A DNA stretch of 64,000 bases from Phyllobates terribilis. Taxonomy: Eukaryota. The stretch is taken from positions 980,902,001 through 980,966,000 of the forward strand of contig NW_027362761.1 of the NCBI RefSeq assembly GCF_046119375.1, given 5' to 3'. Made by a program: the position numbers and the translations under genes. Positions 35,457-49,501 of this stretch are shown piece after piece. Each line of letters opens with the position of its first letter. The first letter of the stretch is position 1. The notes under the pieces were generated by a model. It saw only the letters and a list, made by a program, of their open reading frames with translations, had not been told where the DNA came from and ran no database searches.

Positions 35457-38400
35457 TGTGAGGCAGTGACCGGGAGCGTATACAAGGGACGTTATATATC
35501 CCCCAGAATGTGTACAGAGACCTATTAAATTCATAGGAGTGCATTGCAGTCACAAACTCACCTGCGGCTGCAATGCAGGAATGAAGGCGAGCAATGACCT
35601 GGTCAGGCTATCTGGCTAAGGCAGATTAGTAAAACCCGGCAGGGCCTATATTTCTGGAGGAGGCTACAGGAAGGCAGTGAGGCAGCCTCCTCCCTCCAAC
35701 CCGGGTTTTCCAGTGGCTCTTGCCACAGGTCCTTTAAAAACCCTGCACTAAGTATTAGTGTTGTTCTATGTTGGAACCTGCTAGGAGCATAGCAGGAAAG
35801 CTCAGCAGGATTGAGTGTGGCTGAACCCACACCTGGGAAGGCTCTGCACCTGTCAGGCTCTGAGCAGCCCGGCACGGCCATTGCCCACGGCAACCGTTGT
35901 TTAAGGACTCGTGTTAACCCGGCTGCGAACTGGAGGACTTTTCTGTTACCCGTGAGTTTCTGAATAAAGCTGTTTATGTTGGACTTGCCTGGGTCACTGC
36001 CTCAGTTACTGCACGGTGTGAACACCACCGCCTTACAGCTTGTGGAGAATGCAGGCAGTGTGACTGAGGCATACCCCCACTGGCAGCTGCATGACCACAA
36101 TCCGGCCTGCCACCTTTCAGTTCCACCCCGTGGACAAAATGGACTGTTAAAGCAGCTGGTACTCACCCAGCAGCAGCAGCTGCAGTCTCAGCGGCAACAG
36201 CGGGAGCAGCAGCGTAATCAGCAGCAACAGCTACTGTACCAGCAGCAGCAAAAAAACAGACGAACTCTTGCTGCAACAGATTGCATCCCTGCGGGAGACA
36301 TCGACGGCATCAGCCCCGGAACGTCGAGAGGCCCGGGACAAGGTTCGCTTAGCGTTGAGGAAGATGAGACCGGAGGACGACGTGGAAGCCTTCCTGACCA
36401 TTTATGAGCGCACAGCGGAGCGGAAAAACCTACCGGCCGGCCAGTGGGCAGAAGTGGTGGTGCCGTTCCTGATCGGCGATGGCCAAAAGGCCTACTTCGA
36501 CCTCAGTCGGGAGGACGCCCAGGACTACCAGAGGCTCAAAGGTGAGTTCCTTGCCCGACTGGGGGTCAATACATACGCGAGGGCTCAGTGTGTATTTTCA
36601 TGGGCCTATGTGGAGACCCGACCCGCCCGGTCTCAGGCTTATGACCTCCGGCAGCTGGTAAAGAGGTGGCTCCAGCCTGAGACTTTGTCTCCAGCCCAGA
36701 TGGTGGAGAGGGTGGTGGTTGACCGGCTGGTGAGGACTCTGCCAGCCGCTATCCAACATTGGGTGGGGCAAGGGGACCCCGGCAGACTCGACTAGGTGGT
36801 CAGCCTGATCGAGCGCTTCTCGGCCACTCAGGACTTTATCTGGGACTCCGCCCCCTCGCGGCTGTCATGCCGATCCCTGCCAACCCAGGAACCGAGAAAG
36901 GGGGTCGCGTCCTTCTGCTGAGGACAGTCAGCACCGTGCCCGTGCTGATGGGGTACCCCGGAGTGAGAGTGGCAGGAGACCGGTTCCCTCCCAAACGGTC
37001 ATAAGACCTAACAGTATCTCCACCACTAGGTGCTGGCGGTGTCAGGTGCCGGGACATGTGGTTGCTAACTGCCCCATGACTACGGAACCCATGGACTGCG
37101 GGGATAACCGCCGGGTCTCAATGTATGCCCAGACCGTCTGCACGGCGAGCGCTGAACCCCGAGACAGTGAACTCCGACTGTGCCAGGTACTGGTTAATGG
37201 GTACTCCACGGAGGCCCTCCTAGATTCGGGGAGCCTAGTGACTTTGGTACATGGGTCGCTGGTGGCAGGAGACAACCCCAGTGGACGGACAGTCGGGGTT
37301 GTGTGTATCCATGGGGACCTCCGAGAGTACCCAACCGCGGAGGTAGTTTTGTCCACACCATGTGGAGACATAAAACATGTGGTGGTAAAAACTCTTCCCT
37401 ATGGGACTGTGTTGGGAAGAGACTTGCCCCTGTTCTTGACTCTGTGGAAAAACAAAATCCACTCTCCCCCGGTAAAATGTATTACAGGAACTGTACCCGA
37501 CGAACCCGAGTCAGGGGTACCTGCCGTGTGGGTGTCCAACCTAGGGACAGAGTGTGACCCCCGATAGGTTTCCCCTAGAGGTGCTGGCAGGAGAGGTCAA
37601 GGAGACCCCATCGATCCCCGAGCTGGAGGTGTCCCGGGGCACGTTTGGGACAGCTCAGCTACAGGATCCCACTCTGACTCGGGCGCGGGAAAGGGTGTTA
37701 GAGGTAAATGGCGTAGCTCAACAGCCCGGTGCAGATACTGTATTTCCATGCATGGTAGTCAACGGTGAGTTGCTCTATAAGGAAGACAAAATCGGGGACG
37801 AGGTCGTGGAACAGTTAGTGGTACCTCAGTCGTACCGTCGGGCAGTTCTGGAGTTGGCACACACACACCTGCTGGGTGGACACTAAGGGGTTAAAAAGAC
37901 GCAAGAGCGTATCTTGCAGCGGTTCTTTTGGCCGGGGATTTACGCGGAGGTCCAAAAGTACTGCGAATCCTGCCCCGAATGTCAGTTGACCACACCCACC
38001 GCAAGTTTCCGTAGCCCATTGGTACCCCTGCCAGTGATAGAGGTACCTTTTGAACGGATTACAATGGACTTGGTAGGGACCATTGTAAAATCCGCTCGTG
38101 GCCACCAACATATACTAGTGGTCGTCAACTATGCCACCCGGTACCCGGAGGCTATACCGCTATGTCACACCTCGACGAAACTGATTGCAAGAGAGCTGTT
38201 TGCCATGTTCTGTTGCCTTGGACTACCTAGGGAGATCAAGGGACCCCTTTTATGTCCAAGGTGACAAGGGAACTGAGCAAACTGGTAAAAATTAAACAAT
38301 TGCGCACCTCGGTGTACCACCCTCAAACCGACGGGCTAGTAGAGCGGTTCAATAAAACCCTCAAATCCATGTTAAAAAAGGTGGTTTCTAAGGACGGAAG

Positions 38401-40964
38401 GGATTGGGACATGTTACTACCCTATTTGATGTTCGCTGTCCGTGAGGTACCCCAGGCTTCCACAGGGTTCTCTCCCTTTGAGTTATTGTACTGCAGACAC
38501 CCTAGGGGTCTGTTGGACGTAGCCAAAGAGACGTGGGAACAAGAGCCGACTCCACATAGGAGTATAATTGAACATGTGGCTAGTATCCAGGACCGGATTG
38601 AGGCGGTCATGCCCATCGTGAAGGAACATCTGTTAGATGCCCAGGCAGCGCAGAGGCGCACATATAATAAAAGAGCCACGGTCAGGTCTTTTAACAAGGG
38701 CGATCGGGTGTTAGTACTGGTACCCACAGCAGAGAGTAAGCTCATGGCCAAGTGGCAAGGGCCATATGAGGTTCGAGAAAAGGTGGGGGAGGTGAATTAC
38801 CGGGTGTATCAGCCCGGAAGGAGGAAACCTGAGCAGCTTTACCATGTAAACCTGCTAAAACCTTGGAAAGATCGAGAGTGTTTAGTTACAGATGTCACTC
38901 CGGGCATATCGCCAGAGAGTTCTCTACCTTCAGCCAGGGATGCATCAGGGGGAGAGGTCAGGATAAGTGATGCTCTCACAAAACAGCAGCGACAGGAGGC
39001 TCGCTCGCTGGTGCAGCAGAATACCGACGTGTTCTCAGAGGTACCGGGTAGGACTACAGTTCTCCAACATGACATTGCCACCGAACCTGGGGTACGGGTG
39101 CGAATGAGACCGTACCGGGTACCCGAAGCCCGGAGGCATGCCATCATGGCTGAGGTAAAACAAATGCTCCAGTTAGGCGTCATCGAGGAATCACTGAGTG
39201 AGTGGGCTAGCCCCATCATACTGATTCCGAAAACAGACGGATCGTTGCGCTTCTGTAACGATTTCCAGAAATTAAATGAAGTATCGAAATTTGACTTATA
39301 TCCAATGCCCAGGGTGAATGAGCTCATTGAGAGACTGGGGCAGGCCCAGTACTTTACCACGCTCGATCTCACCAAGGGTTACTAGCAGGTACCTCTCACG
39401 AAATCGGCGAAGGAAAAGACCGCCTTCATAACTCCAGAGGGTCTGTATCACTATGTGGTCTTACCTTTTGGGTTACATGGGGCCCGGGCTACATTCCAGA
39501 GGTTGATGGACATAGTGCTCAAGCCTCATCAGAAGTACGCCTCAGCGTATCTAGATGATATCATCTTTAGCACCGACTGGCATACGCACCTATCCCAGGT
39601 ACAAGCGGTGCTGGATTCTCTCAGAGCCGCGGGGTTAATGGCAAGCCTAAAAAAATGTGCGATAGGGTTAGAGGAAGCCCGGTATTTGGGGTATGTGATT
39701 GGCCGAGGAGTTATCAAGCCCCAAATCAATAAAGTTGAGGCCATAAAAAACTGGCCTAAACCGTCAAGTACAAAGCAGGTGAGGGCGTTCCTTGGCATCC
39801 TTGGGTATTACCGCAGGTTTAAACCTAATTTTGTTGGGAGAATGGCGGCCCTGACCGATCTCTTGAAAGGAAAGAAATCGGTAGTGGTTCGGTGGAACCC
39901 TCAGGCAGAAGAAGCCTTTCAGTCCACGAAGTTGGTCCTGTGTGGACAGCTGGTCCTCATCAGCCCCAACTTCAAGGAAACCTTCATTGTACAGACAGAT
40001 GCCTCAGAGGTAGGCCTAGGGGCGGTATTGTCACAGAGTGAATGGTGAAGAGCACCCGGTCACCTACTTGAGTAGAAAACTTGTCCCGGCAGAGAAAAAC
40101 TATAGCGTGGTAAAGAAGGAATGTTTGGCTATTAAGTGGGCCTTGGAATCGCTACATTATTATTTATTCGGTCGTCAGTTAAGCTTGGTGATAGACCACT
40201 CACCCTTGGTATGGATGAGAAATGCCAAGGAGAGGAATGCGCGAGTCACCAGGTGGTTCCTATCACTGCAAAATTTCAGTTCTTCTGTAGAACATCGCCC
40301 TGGGAAGTTGCAGGCAAACGCGGATGCGGGCATCCTGTATGGTGACAAATGTTCAACCCCACAAGTTTGAACAGGGGGGGGGGGGGATATGTGAGGCAGT
40401 GATCGGGATCGTATACGAGGGACGTTATATATCCCCCAGAATGTGTACAGAGACCTATTAAATCCATTGGAGTGCATTGCAGTCACAAACTCACCTGCGG
40501 CTGCAATGCAGGAATGAAGGCGAGCAATGACCTGGTCAGGCTATCTGGCTAAGGCAGATTAGTAAAACCCGGCAGGGCCTATATTTCTGGAGGAGACTAC
40601 AGGAAGGCAGTGGGGTGGCCTCCTCCCTCCAACCCGGGTTTTCCAGTGGCTCTTGCCACAGGTCCTTTAAAAACCCTGCACTAAGGATTAGTGTTGTTCT
40701 ATGTTGGAACCTGCTAGGAGCATAGCAGGAAAGCTCAGCAGGATTGAGTGTGGCTGAACCCACGCCTGGGAAGGCTCTGCACCAGTCAGGCTCTGAGCGG
40801 CCCGGTGTGGCCGTTGCCCACGGCAACCGTTGTTTAAGGACTGGTGTTAACCGGGCTGCGAACTGGAGGACTTTTCTGTTACCCGTGAGTTGCTGAATAA
40901 AGCTGTTGGACTTGCCTGGGTCACTGCCTCAGTTACTGCACGGTGTGAACACCGCCGCCTTACA
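35457..40964 (+). mobile_element. Complete Gmr1-like Ty3/gypsy LTR retrotransposon (SCAN-gag; PR-INT-RT-RH)
   Basis: LTRs 35457-36037 and 40390-40964 (TG..CA); TSD ATAT; PBS 36040-36057; PPT 40369-40389; CWRCQVPGHVVANC knuckle, LLDSGS protease, HTHLLGGH..CESCPEC, PQTDGLVERFN, YLDDII, QTDASEVGLGAVL; several frameshifts and stops. Confidence 0.93.
36040..36057 (+). promoter_or_regulatory. Primer-binding site, tRNA-Ala-like
   Basis: TTGTGGAGAATGCAGGCA matches 16/18 with TGGTGGAGAATGCGGGCA, the complement of a vertebrate tRNA-Ala(AGC) 3' end as I recall it. Confidence 0.7.
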
Positions 40965-40987
40965 ATATCTATATATACACATACATA

Positions 40988-42530
<1,543 letters not shown>

Positions 42531-42533
42531 ATT

Positions 42534-42581
<48 letters not shown>

Positions 42582-42593
42582 TACACATACACA

Positions 42594-43277
42594 CACGGTG
42601 GTCCAAAAGTAGGTGGACAGAACTCAGTTGCCCTTAGCAACCAATCAGATTCCACTTTTCTTTCCTCACAGACTCTTTGGAAAATGAAAGGTGGAATCTG
42701 ATTGGTTGCTAAGGGCAACCGAGCCCGTTTCACAGATCTAGTTTTCACAGATAGATCTCCCCCAAATCTGTTTTCTTTTCAGATAATTCAGATAACACAT
42801 AATGGCAAATAATTTAAATACAGATCAAAGAAAATGGATTTTAACTGAGTATTGGAAATCTCAAAATGCTGAAACTGTTAGAGCAAAATTGGGTTGAAAC
42901 ATTTGGTACTCAAGCCCCAAAGAGACAAACCATTTACCGCATTCGTGACAAATTCAATGCCACTGGCTCAATCCTTAATGCTCCAAAAACTGACTGACCC
43001 AAAACAGTCTGTACAGAAGATAATAAATAACTTGTTGCTGAAACATTTGTTCAGAGTCCAAAACAGTCCACCAGAAGAGCCTCTTTGGAATTGGGAATTT
43101 CACGAGCTTCTATCATGCAGATCCTGAAATCTATTGGGTGGAAAGCTTATCGTCCACATCTAATTCATGGTTTATTGGAGGATGATCCATACAGGCGGCT
43201 GCAATTTAGTGTTTTGATAAATCTCCCCCTTCATAACCTTATTACACTTTCTGTCCACCTACTTTTGGACCACCCTG
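42594..43277 (+). mobile_element. Internally deleted mariner-type element (DUF4817-like HTH N-terminus)
   Basis: 27-bp TIRs CA(C/G)GGTGGTCCAAAAGTAGGTGGACAG; TA at the right end; remnant frames KWILTEYWKSQNAETVR, TIYRIRDKFNATGS, STRRASLELGISRASI, HGLLEDDPYRRLQF. Confidence 0.75.
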
Positions 43278-43702
43278 TATAAATATAAAAAGACTTATGA
43301 TTGGTTATGGAAACGCTAAAGGCCATTAAAGTCCCAGCTTTTTCTACATTAGCTGAGCCGACCCCATACATTATACACATATTCAATGTACAAATAGAAC
43401 TTATAAAGAGAGCCAGTTGTCAACCCAGAGACAGTGCCCTTACTGCCCACTGCAACCCATTCAAGGTAGCTCAGATGCATGTTGCCCAATGTGCCACGTA
43501 CAGGCAAATCTCTTCTACCAGCCAAGAAAGTCTCATTTCTGCCATAGTATGTAAGGGAAACAATATCATTGGTTGTAACTACAGTAGGCTCTTTCCACAT
43601 GTGTCCCCACCCCTCAATACAAAAATTGGGGTTAAGAAAATCTAAATCCAATAGGTTTTATTACTAACATAATTTTGATAAAAAAATGATAAAAGTATGT
43701 AA

Positions 43703-44005
43703 GGCCTCATTCAGACGTCACTTTTTTGCATACAAATGCTATCTGTGTTTTACATGGGGTCCGTGGTTTTCAGCAGACCGAGTAGTTGGTGCAAAATCGC
43801 AGAGACCCATCTAATTCGGAACTGAATGTCAGACAGAATTGGCAATTCAAGGCTATGCGTGTATGAAAAACTGGGCAGCACCTGGATGACATCTGAGTGC
43901 GGTCTGATTTTCACAAACTGTTGCATATGAAAAGAATGTACTTTTTTTCTTTTACAAGGTCAGTTTTTCCTCTTCTGTCATAAAAAACAACGTGTGAATG
44001 AGGCC
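43703..44005. mobile_element. Harbinger-type MITE (GGCCTCATTCA TIR)
   Basis: TAA TSD on both sides; same TIR as 19657-20071. Confidence 0.75.
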
Positions 44006-44404
44006 TAAGACAGGGTACATCCAGAGATCAGTTCCTGACATATCAGACATTCTCCAGAATGCCCATCGGTTGGCACAGTGTTACCCTGCAATGATCGCTA
44101 CAGAATTCCCTACGAATTATTAAACCAGAACACATTTCTTTGCAAAAAAAAAAAGTCTATGACCACCTGTAGTAAATAGCCCGTCACATTACTCCTGTCA
44201 TGAGAAGTTGTATGCCAGCGGCTCGAGAGTATCGAGGAATCTGGTGACATGGCTATGTGCGGTGACAAAGGCACATTACTGACATTTATAGCACAACGCT
44301 GGGGGCCGGTATGTGACTACTATGACATGCCCCAGGGGCCAGCAGCACCACCACTACTATCCCGTGCTGGCTCACCATGCTTCACTGGGCACAACACTTT
44401 GCCG

Positions 44405-44978
44405 GCCTGGCACTATAACACGTCCCCATCACAGGGAGGCCTGGCACCATAACACGTCCCCAACACAGAGAGGCCTGGCACCATAACACGTCCCTATCAC
44501 AGGGAGGCCTGGCACCATAACACGTCCCTATCACAGGGAGGCCTGGCACCATAACACGTCCCTATCGCAGGGAGGCCTGGCACCATAACACGTCCCTATC
44601 GCAGGGAGGCCTGGCACCATAACACGTCCCTATCGCAGAGAGGCCTGGCACCATAACACGTCCCTATCGCAGGGAGGCCTGGCACCATAACACGTCCCTA
44701 TCGCAGGGAGGCCTGGCACCATAACACGTCCCTATCGCAGGGAGGCCTGGCACCATAACACGTCCCTATCGCAGGGAGGCCTGGCACCATAACACGTCCC
44801 TATCGCAGGGAGGCCTGGCACCATAACACGTCCCTATCGCAGGGAGGCCTGGCACCATAACACGTCCCTATCGCAGGGAGGCCTGGCACCATAACACGTC
44901 CCTATCGCAGGGAGGCCTGGCACCATAACACGTCCCTATCACAGGGAGGCCTGGCACCATAACACGTCCCTATCACAG
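44405..44978. repeat. 34-bp minisatellite, ~17 copies
   Basis: Unit CCTGGCACCATAACACGTCCCTATC(G/A)CAGGGAGG, head to tail with no spacers. Confidence 0.95.
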
Positions 44979-45399
44979 AGATTCCACCTTTGAGGCCTTT
45001 TCACTAGCCACAGTGGGCGCTCATGTGACACATTGCTGGCACTTGTGGGCACACGCCCCAGATAATTTTATTAACCAGTTGGAGGGCAGCACAGCAGTTT
45101 GGGCAGTGTGGGAAAGCTGCGCCCCCTCTTCCCGCCCCAGTAGTCAGCCTCTAGGTTGTCTCACCACATTTTTCCCTCACAGAGCCCAGCATTCCTGAGC
45201 CGGCTCCACCTACCCTCATTACCCAAAGTGACTGCTCCATGTGCCTCCCCCTGCCGACCACCACCCCCTGGCCTGCCGCCTCCCCCTGCCCTGCCTGTCT
45301 TTCTTCCCAAACTCCCTCCCCCTCCAGGCTCAGATACACATAACCGTATAACAGCTGCTACATTGTAACCTCTCTACCCCATGTAATGTCTGCTGTAGT

Positions 45400-46030
45400 G
45401 GTGCCCAGCACCCAGGAGCGGCGTACGGGGCTGCAATCCCCGGCCAGCAGGGGCCACATGTCACCTACCTGTCCCTGGGGTCGATCCAGCTGGTCTGCCT
45501 GCTGGTGTGGTCGATGTAAAACACCTTCCCGTCGTAGTCTCTCGCTTCTTCCCAGCCATCCGGTAGAGGCAGCTGTCCATTCCCCTTCCTAGGCATGATC
45601 AGCCCCTGCGAACTCCTCCATAAGTACAAGAAGGGGCTGGAGAGGGGCAGCCGGGGCTTACACTGCACACAGCGAGGAAGCCCCTAGTGCAGCAGGGCTG
45701 CGAGCCCCCCAGCAGGCAGAAAACCCCCCGCTCCACTAGCCAGCATGTCTGGGGGGCTGCACTGGCAGCTCCCGGCCCGGAGATCGCACAAGCAGCAAGG
45801 AGCCGTCTGGATTAGGATCCGGGGAAGCCAATAACCTCGGCCTGTTCCCAGCCACAGGCTCATTAGCATGAGATTAGCATCCGTCTCATCTGCATGCACA
45901 TTCCACACTCCTGCATTCCTCAGCGCTAACCCCTTGTGCGCCGGCTTGCTGCAGCCGCGGCGGCCGCTACTGGGACTTGTACTCAGCAGGGCAGGGCTGC
46001 CGGCAGCCGGGAGGGAGCACATTCTGCAGG
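45400..46030 (-). promoter_or_regulatory. GC/CpG-rich promoter and 5' UTR of the WWC gene
   Basis: Locally high GC and CpG content that is not repeat-derived; CCAAT near 45826; MCAT motifs at 45899 and 45914. Confidence 0.65.
45469..45596 (-). CDS. WWC2: First coding exon of a WWC-family (KIBRA-like) protein, most like WWC2; encodes WW domain 1
   Basis: [42 protein letters not shown](R); ends at a phase-2 donor AG|GTAGGT (GT at 45468-67), as in WWC genes. The N-terminus resembles WWC2 (MPRRAGSGQLPLP) more than WWC1 or WWC3. Confidence 0.8.
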
Positions 46031-47465
46031 ACGGGGAAACTTCATCCCAGGCTGCCAAGTTCCTGCCCTGACAGTCACAGTGGGCCTACACCTCTCACTG
46101 ATTCCTAATGTCATAAATACCTGGAAATCATGTTTACAAATATCCGCACTATTGTTTATAATAAAGGGTCAACGTGGTCCACCCAGATCACCACCGCTAA
46201 CTATGGAACTATTAACCCCCTTTAAGGCCATTTTCTTTTTTCCCCCCATCTCGTTCTTTCCTCCCTTATTTCCAAGACCTTTTCTATTTTTCCGTCTTCA
46301 CCACTGTATGAGAACTTGGGTTTTTTATTTTGCTGGACATGTTGCAGTTTTTAATAAAACCCCTTTTTATACCTTATAATGAATTGAAAAATCAGGAAAA
46401 AATTCCAAGGGGGGGTGAAATGGTGATGCCACTTCCCTCCCCCCAAAATAATTCTGCCTTGTTTTGGGGCATTCATTCTGCAGTGAAAATGGCCTTCAGT
46501 TTTGTACGATTACGGTAGAACCAAACGTTTTAATTTCTTTATCATTTTGTTAAATTAAAAAAGTCAAAAGTTTGTAAAAAAAAAAAATGTTTTTAGTTGC
46601 CATTTTCTGGGACCCATAACTTTTTTGTATTTTTATGTCACTGGTCCTGTTTCAGGACTTGTGGTTTTTTGAGCGGCGAGTAGTTTTTATTGGAAACATT
46701 TTAGAGATCTCTTTCTTTTGCATTTTTTGGGGGACAATGAGATGACGGAAAAATGACCATTCAATTTTTATTTATTTACATAGTTTACTATTTGGGTAGA
46801 TTAATTTTAGGTTTTCATAGTAGGCAGGGATGTGGAAATAAATACACTTTATTATTATTAATTATTATTTCTTTATTTTTTAATTGGAAAGTGAGATGAA
46901 TATTTATTTTTAAAAACATTTTTAATAATTTTTCACTTTACTTTTTTAGTTTCTTTCAACTCCTGTCCTTAAATCCCATCAACCGATCATGTGTTCAGGA
47001 TTTACTTAGTATTGCACAGATGCTGGAATTATCACCAGTGTAATTCTGTGAAAATCCTGAAAACAAGAATTCTTAGTGGGACCTGAGGACAGGAGATGAG
47101 GAACACTGCTTTAAGGGACTTGACCCTACTAAATACTGCATCTCCATATGAGGATCAAGATGGCAGCAATGGGGCTTTGCCTTTAGGTGCCATTACACCA
47201 CGAGATCTCAGTGATTGACAGCGTCACCTGAATACTTACAAAGCAGCAACTGGTGATGGCTCTGGTTGCTATTGTTAGAGGCAGGTGCCGATTGTGTAAC
47301 AGAGCTGGCAGCAGCCCTGTGTGGCTCGTGCTTCGCTACTGAGCCTGCTCAATACACATGCGTCCTGACACTAACATATATGCATGTAAGGGGTTAATGG
47401 CTATGACATATTGCTAGTGTCTTGAAAGCTTGCAATTTGTCACCACCTTGTCAGTTTAACATTAA

Positions 47466-47909
47466 AGGGGTTGTCCACTACTAGGACAACCCTTTTTTGA
47501 TGAAAAGGTTTGGCCCGATAAAATAAAAAAGCTTATACTCACCTCGTGGTGTCAGCACTCGCGGTCCCGGGGCTGCCGTGCTGTTGTTGTGATACGAGAG
47601 CCCAGCGCCCAATTAGCACCAGTGTCACTGTCTCCGCCTTCGTACGGATTGAACATGAAGAGGCAGTCCGGGCTGCAGCTGCTCTCTGACTTCCTCTTCA
47701 TGCTCAATTTGACGGGATGCCGGGATAGTGACGCCAGCGCTGATTGGGCCCAGGGTCACGTGTCATAACAACAGCACCGCAGCCCCAGGATCGTGAGTGC
47801 TGACACCTTGGGAACAGCGCCAGCACAGGAGGTGAGTATAAGCTTTATGATTTTATCGGGGCCTAGCGAGGGGCATGCACAGGGATTGTCCAAGTAGTGG
47901 ACAACTTCT
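47466..47909. mobile_element. TTAA/T2-type palindromic MITE
   Basis: TTAA|AGGGGTTGTCCACTAC...GTAGTGGACAACTTCT|TTAA. Confidence 0.8.
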
Positions 47910-49451
47910 TTAAGGCTATGTTCACACATAGCTTTTTTGCAGCTTTTTTACTGTAGCCAAAACTTGATCTCAACAGTAAAAAAAAGTTTCAGCCATAACG
48001 CAGAATTTGCTGCTTTTCTTGCTGCTTTTTTTCAGGATCCTTTGCTTCCACCTTCCAAGCATAAGCAATACAAGGTGTTAGGCCACCAATGCAAGACACA
48101 TGTGAAACCATAAGGGTATGTGTCCACAATCAGGAGCCGCTGCAGGTTTGAAGCTGTGGGTTTATGCAGAGTCAAACCCACAGTGTCCAGATGGTACAGC
48201 ATAGTGGGTGGATTTCTAGAATTCCCATGTCCACTGTGCACCTGTGGATCACCTGCGGAAACTGACATGAGGTGTGTCTTTCCAGACCGCAGCATGTCAA
48301 TTTGTCTTGTGGGTCCGTTTGTGGAAATTCCCCATAGACTATATCAATGAGGAAAGTCCGCATGTGAAAAAAAAATGCGGCCGCTCATTTGCATGAGGGC
48401 GGAAGCCGCATGGCTGTTCAGCAGTGCCGGGGCTGCAGCAGCTCCTTATCGTGGGCACATACCGTAAAGCATTTAAATACACCTTCCCACCTGCTTGTTT
48501 TCCCACAATTAATTAACTAGCAGGTGGAAAGGTGTATAGAAATGATTGGCCCCGCCATGATGCACAGAGCACCTGTACTTGGTTTTAGCAGTCATTCTGT
48601 GCTGACAGAGTCCCTTTAAGGATCTCTCCAACTTTTTAAAACACTTTATTAAACAGGTGTAAATGTTAGAAAACTAACAAACAAAAAATACTCTTGTCTC
48701 CAGTGATGTAGCTTCCCTCCCACTCTTTGCTTACAAGTGCCTAGCCTGTGCCCATCACAGCCAATCAGTGGTCACAAGCCAAACATTACTGGTAGCACTG
48801 CTTAAAGGGTCTCTGTCAGAAGGATCAACCCTCCTAAGCTGTCTATATGTGAATGTAGGTCATAGGAAGCTGAATAAAATGATACCTTGATATCTGTGAT
48901 CTGATGTCTTATTCCAGAGAAAGACACTTTTTTTTATATGTAAAGATATATATAGTATATCTTGACTTCAGCAAAGCATTTGACAAAGTATCTCACACCA
49001 TCCTTATTGAAAAAATGACCAAGTATGCAATGGACCAGGCAACTACCGCCCGTGCAGCCGGTTCATTGAACGGGGGCCCCGAGGGAGAGGGGGCCCCTCC
49101 AGCCTCCAGCAGGGCCGCCATCAGGGCATGACTGCCCTGACTCCAGTATGGGGCCCGGCCGGTAGGGGCCCCCTCGGGGGCCCCCCTCTTGTGCGTCTCT
49201 CTCCTCATGGGGCCCCCGGCCCCATGCTATGCGCCGGGTCCGGGACATTTCAGCGCTGAGCTGCGCTGTTGCAGCAGCGCCTTCATGATTCCCCTGACTT
49301 CCGGTCATGTGACGGTGCCGTCACATGGCCGGAAGTCAGGAGAACCTGCTGTCAGCGATTTGGACGAGCGCCAGGATTCTGCAGGGATCGCATGGGGGTA
49401 AGTATAACAAGTTTTATTTTTTTTAAAATACAATTAACTAGGAGTGGAGAG

Positions 49452-49462
49452 ATGGGAGATGC

Positions 49463-49501
<39 letters not shown>

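Noticed and set aside
35976-36407. Poly-Q host protein
   Set aside because: It overlaps the LTR and PBS and is a frameshifted piece of the retrotransposon gag.
44405-44978. CRISPR array (34-bp repeats)
   Set aside because: The units are contiguous with no unique spacers, there are no cas genes, and the context is eukaryotic.
45597-45668. N-terminal extension of WWC (MQCKPR...) in the ORF track
   Set aside because: It starts at GTG, and family homology begins at the ATG at 45596.
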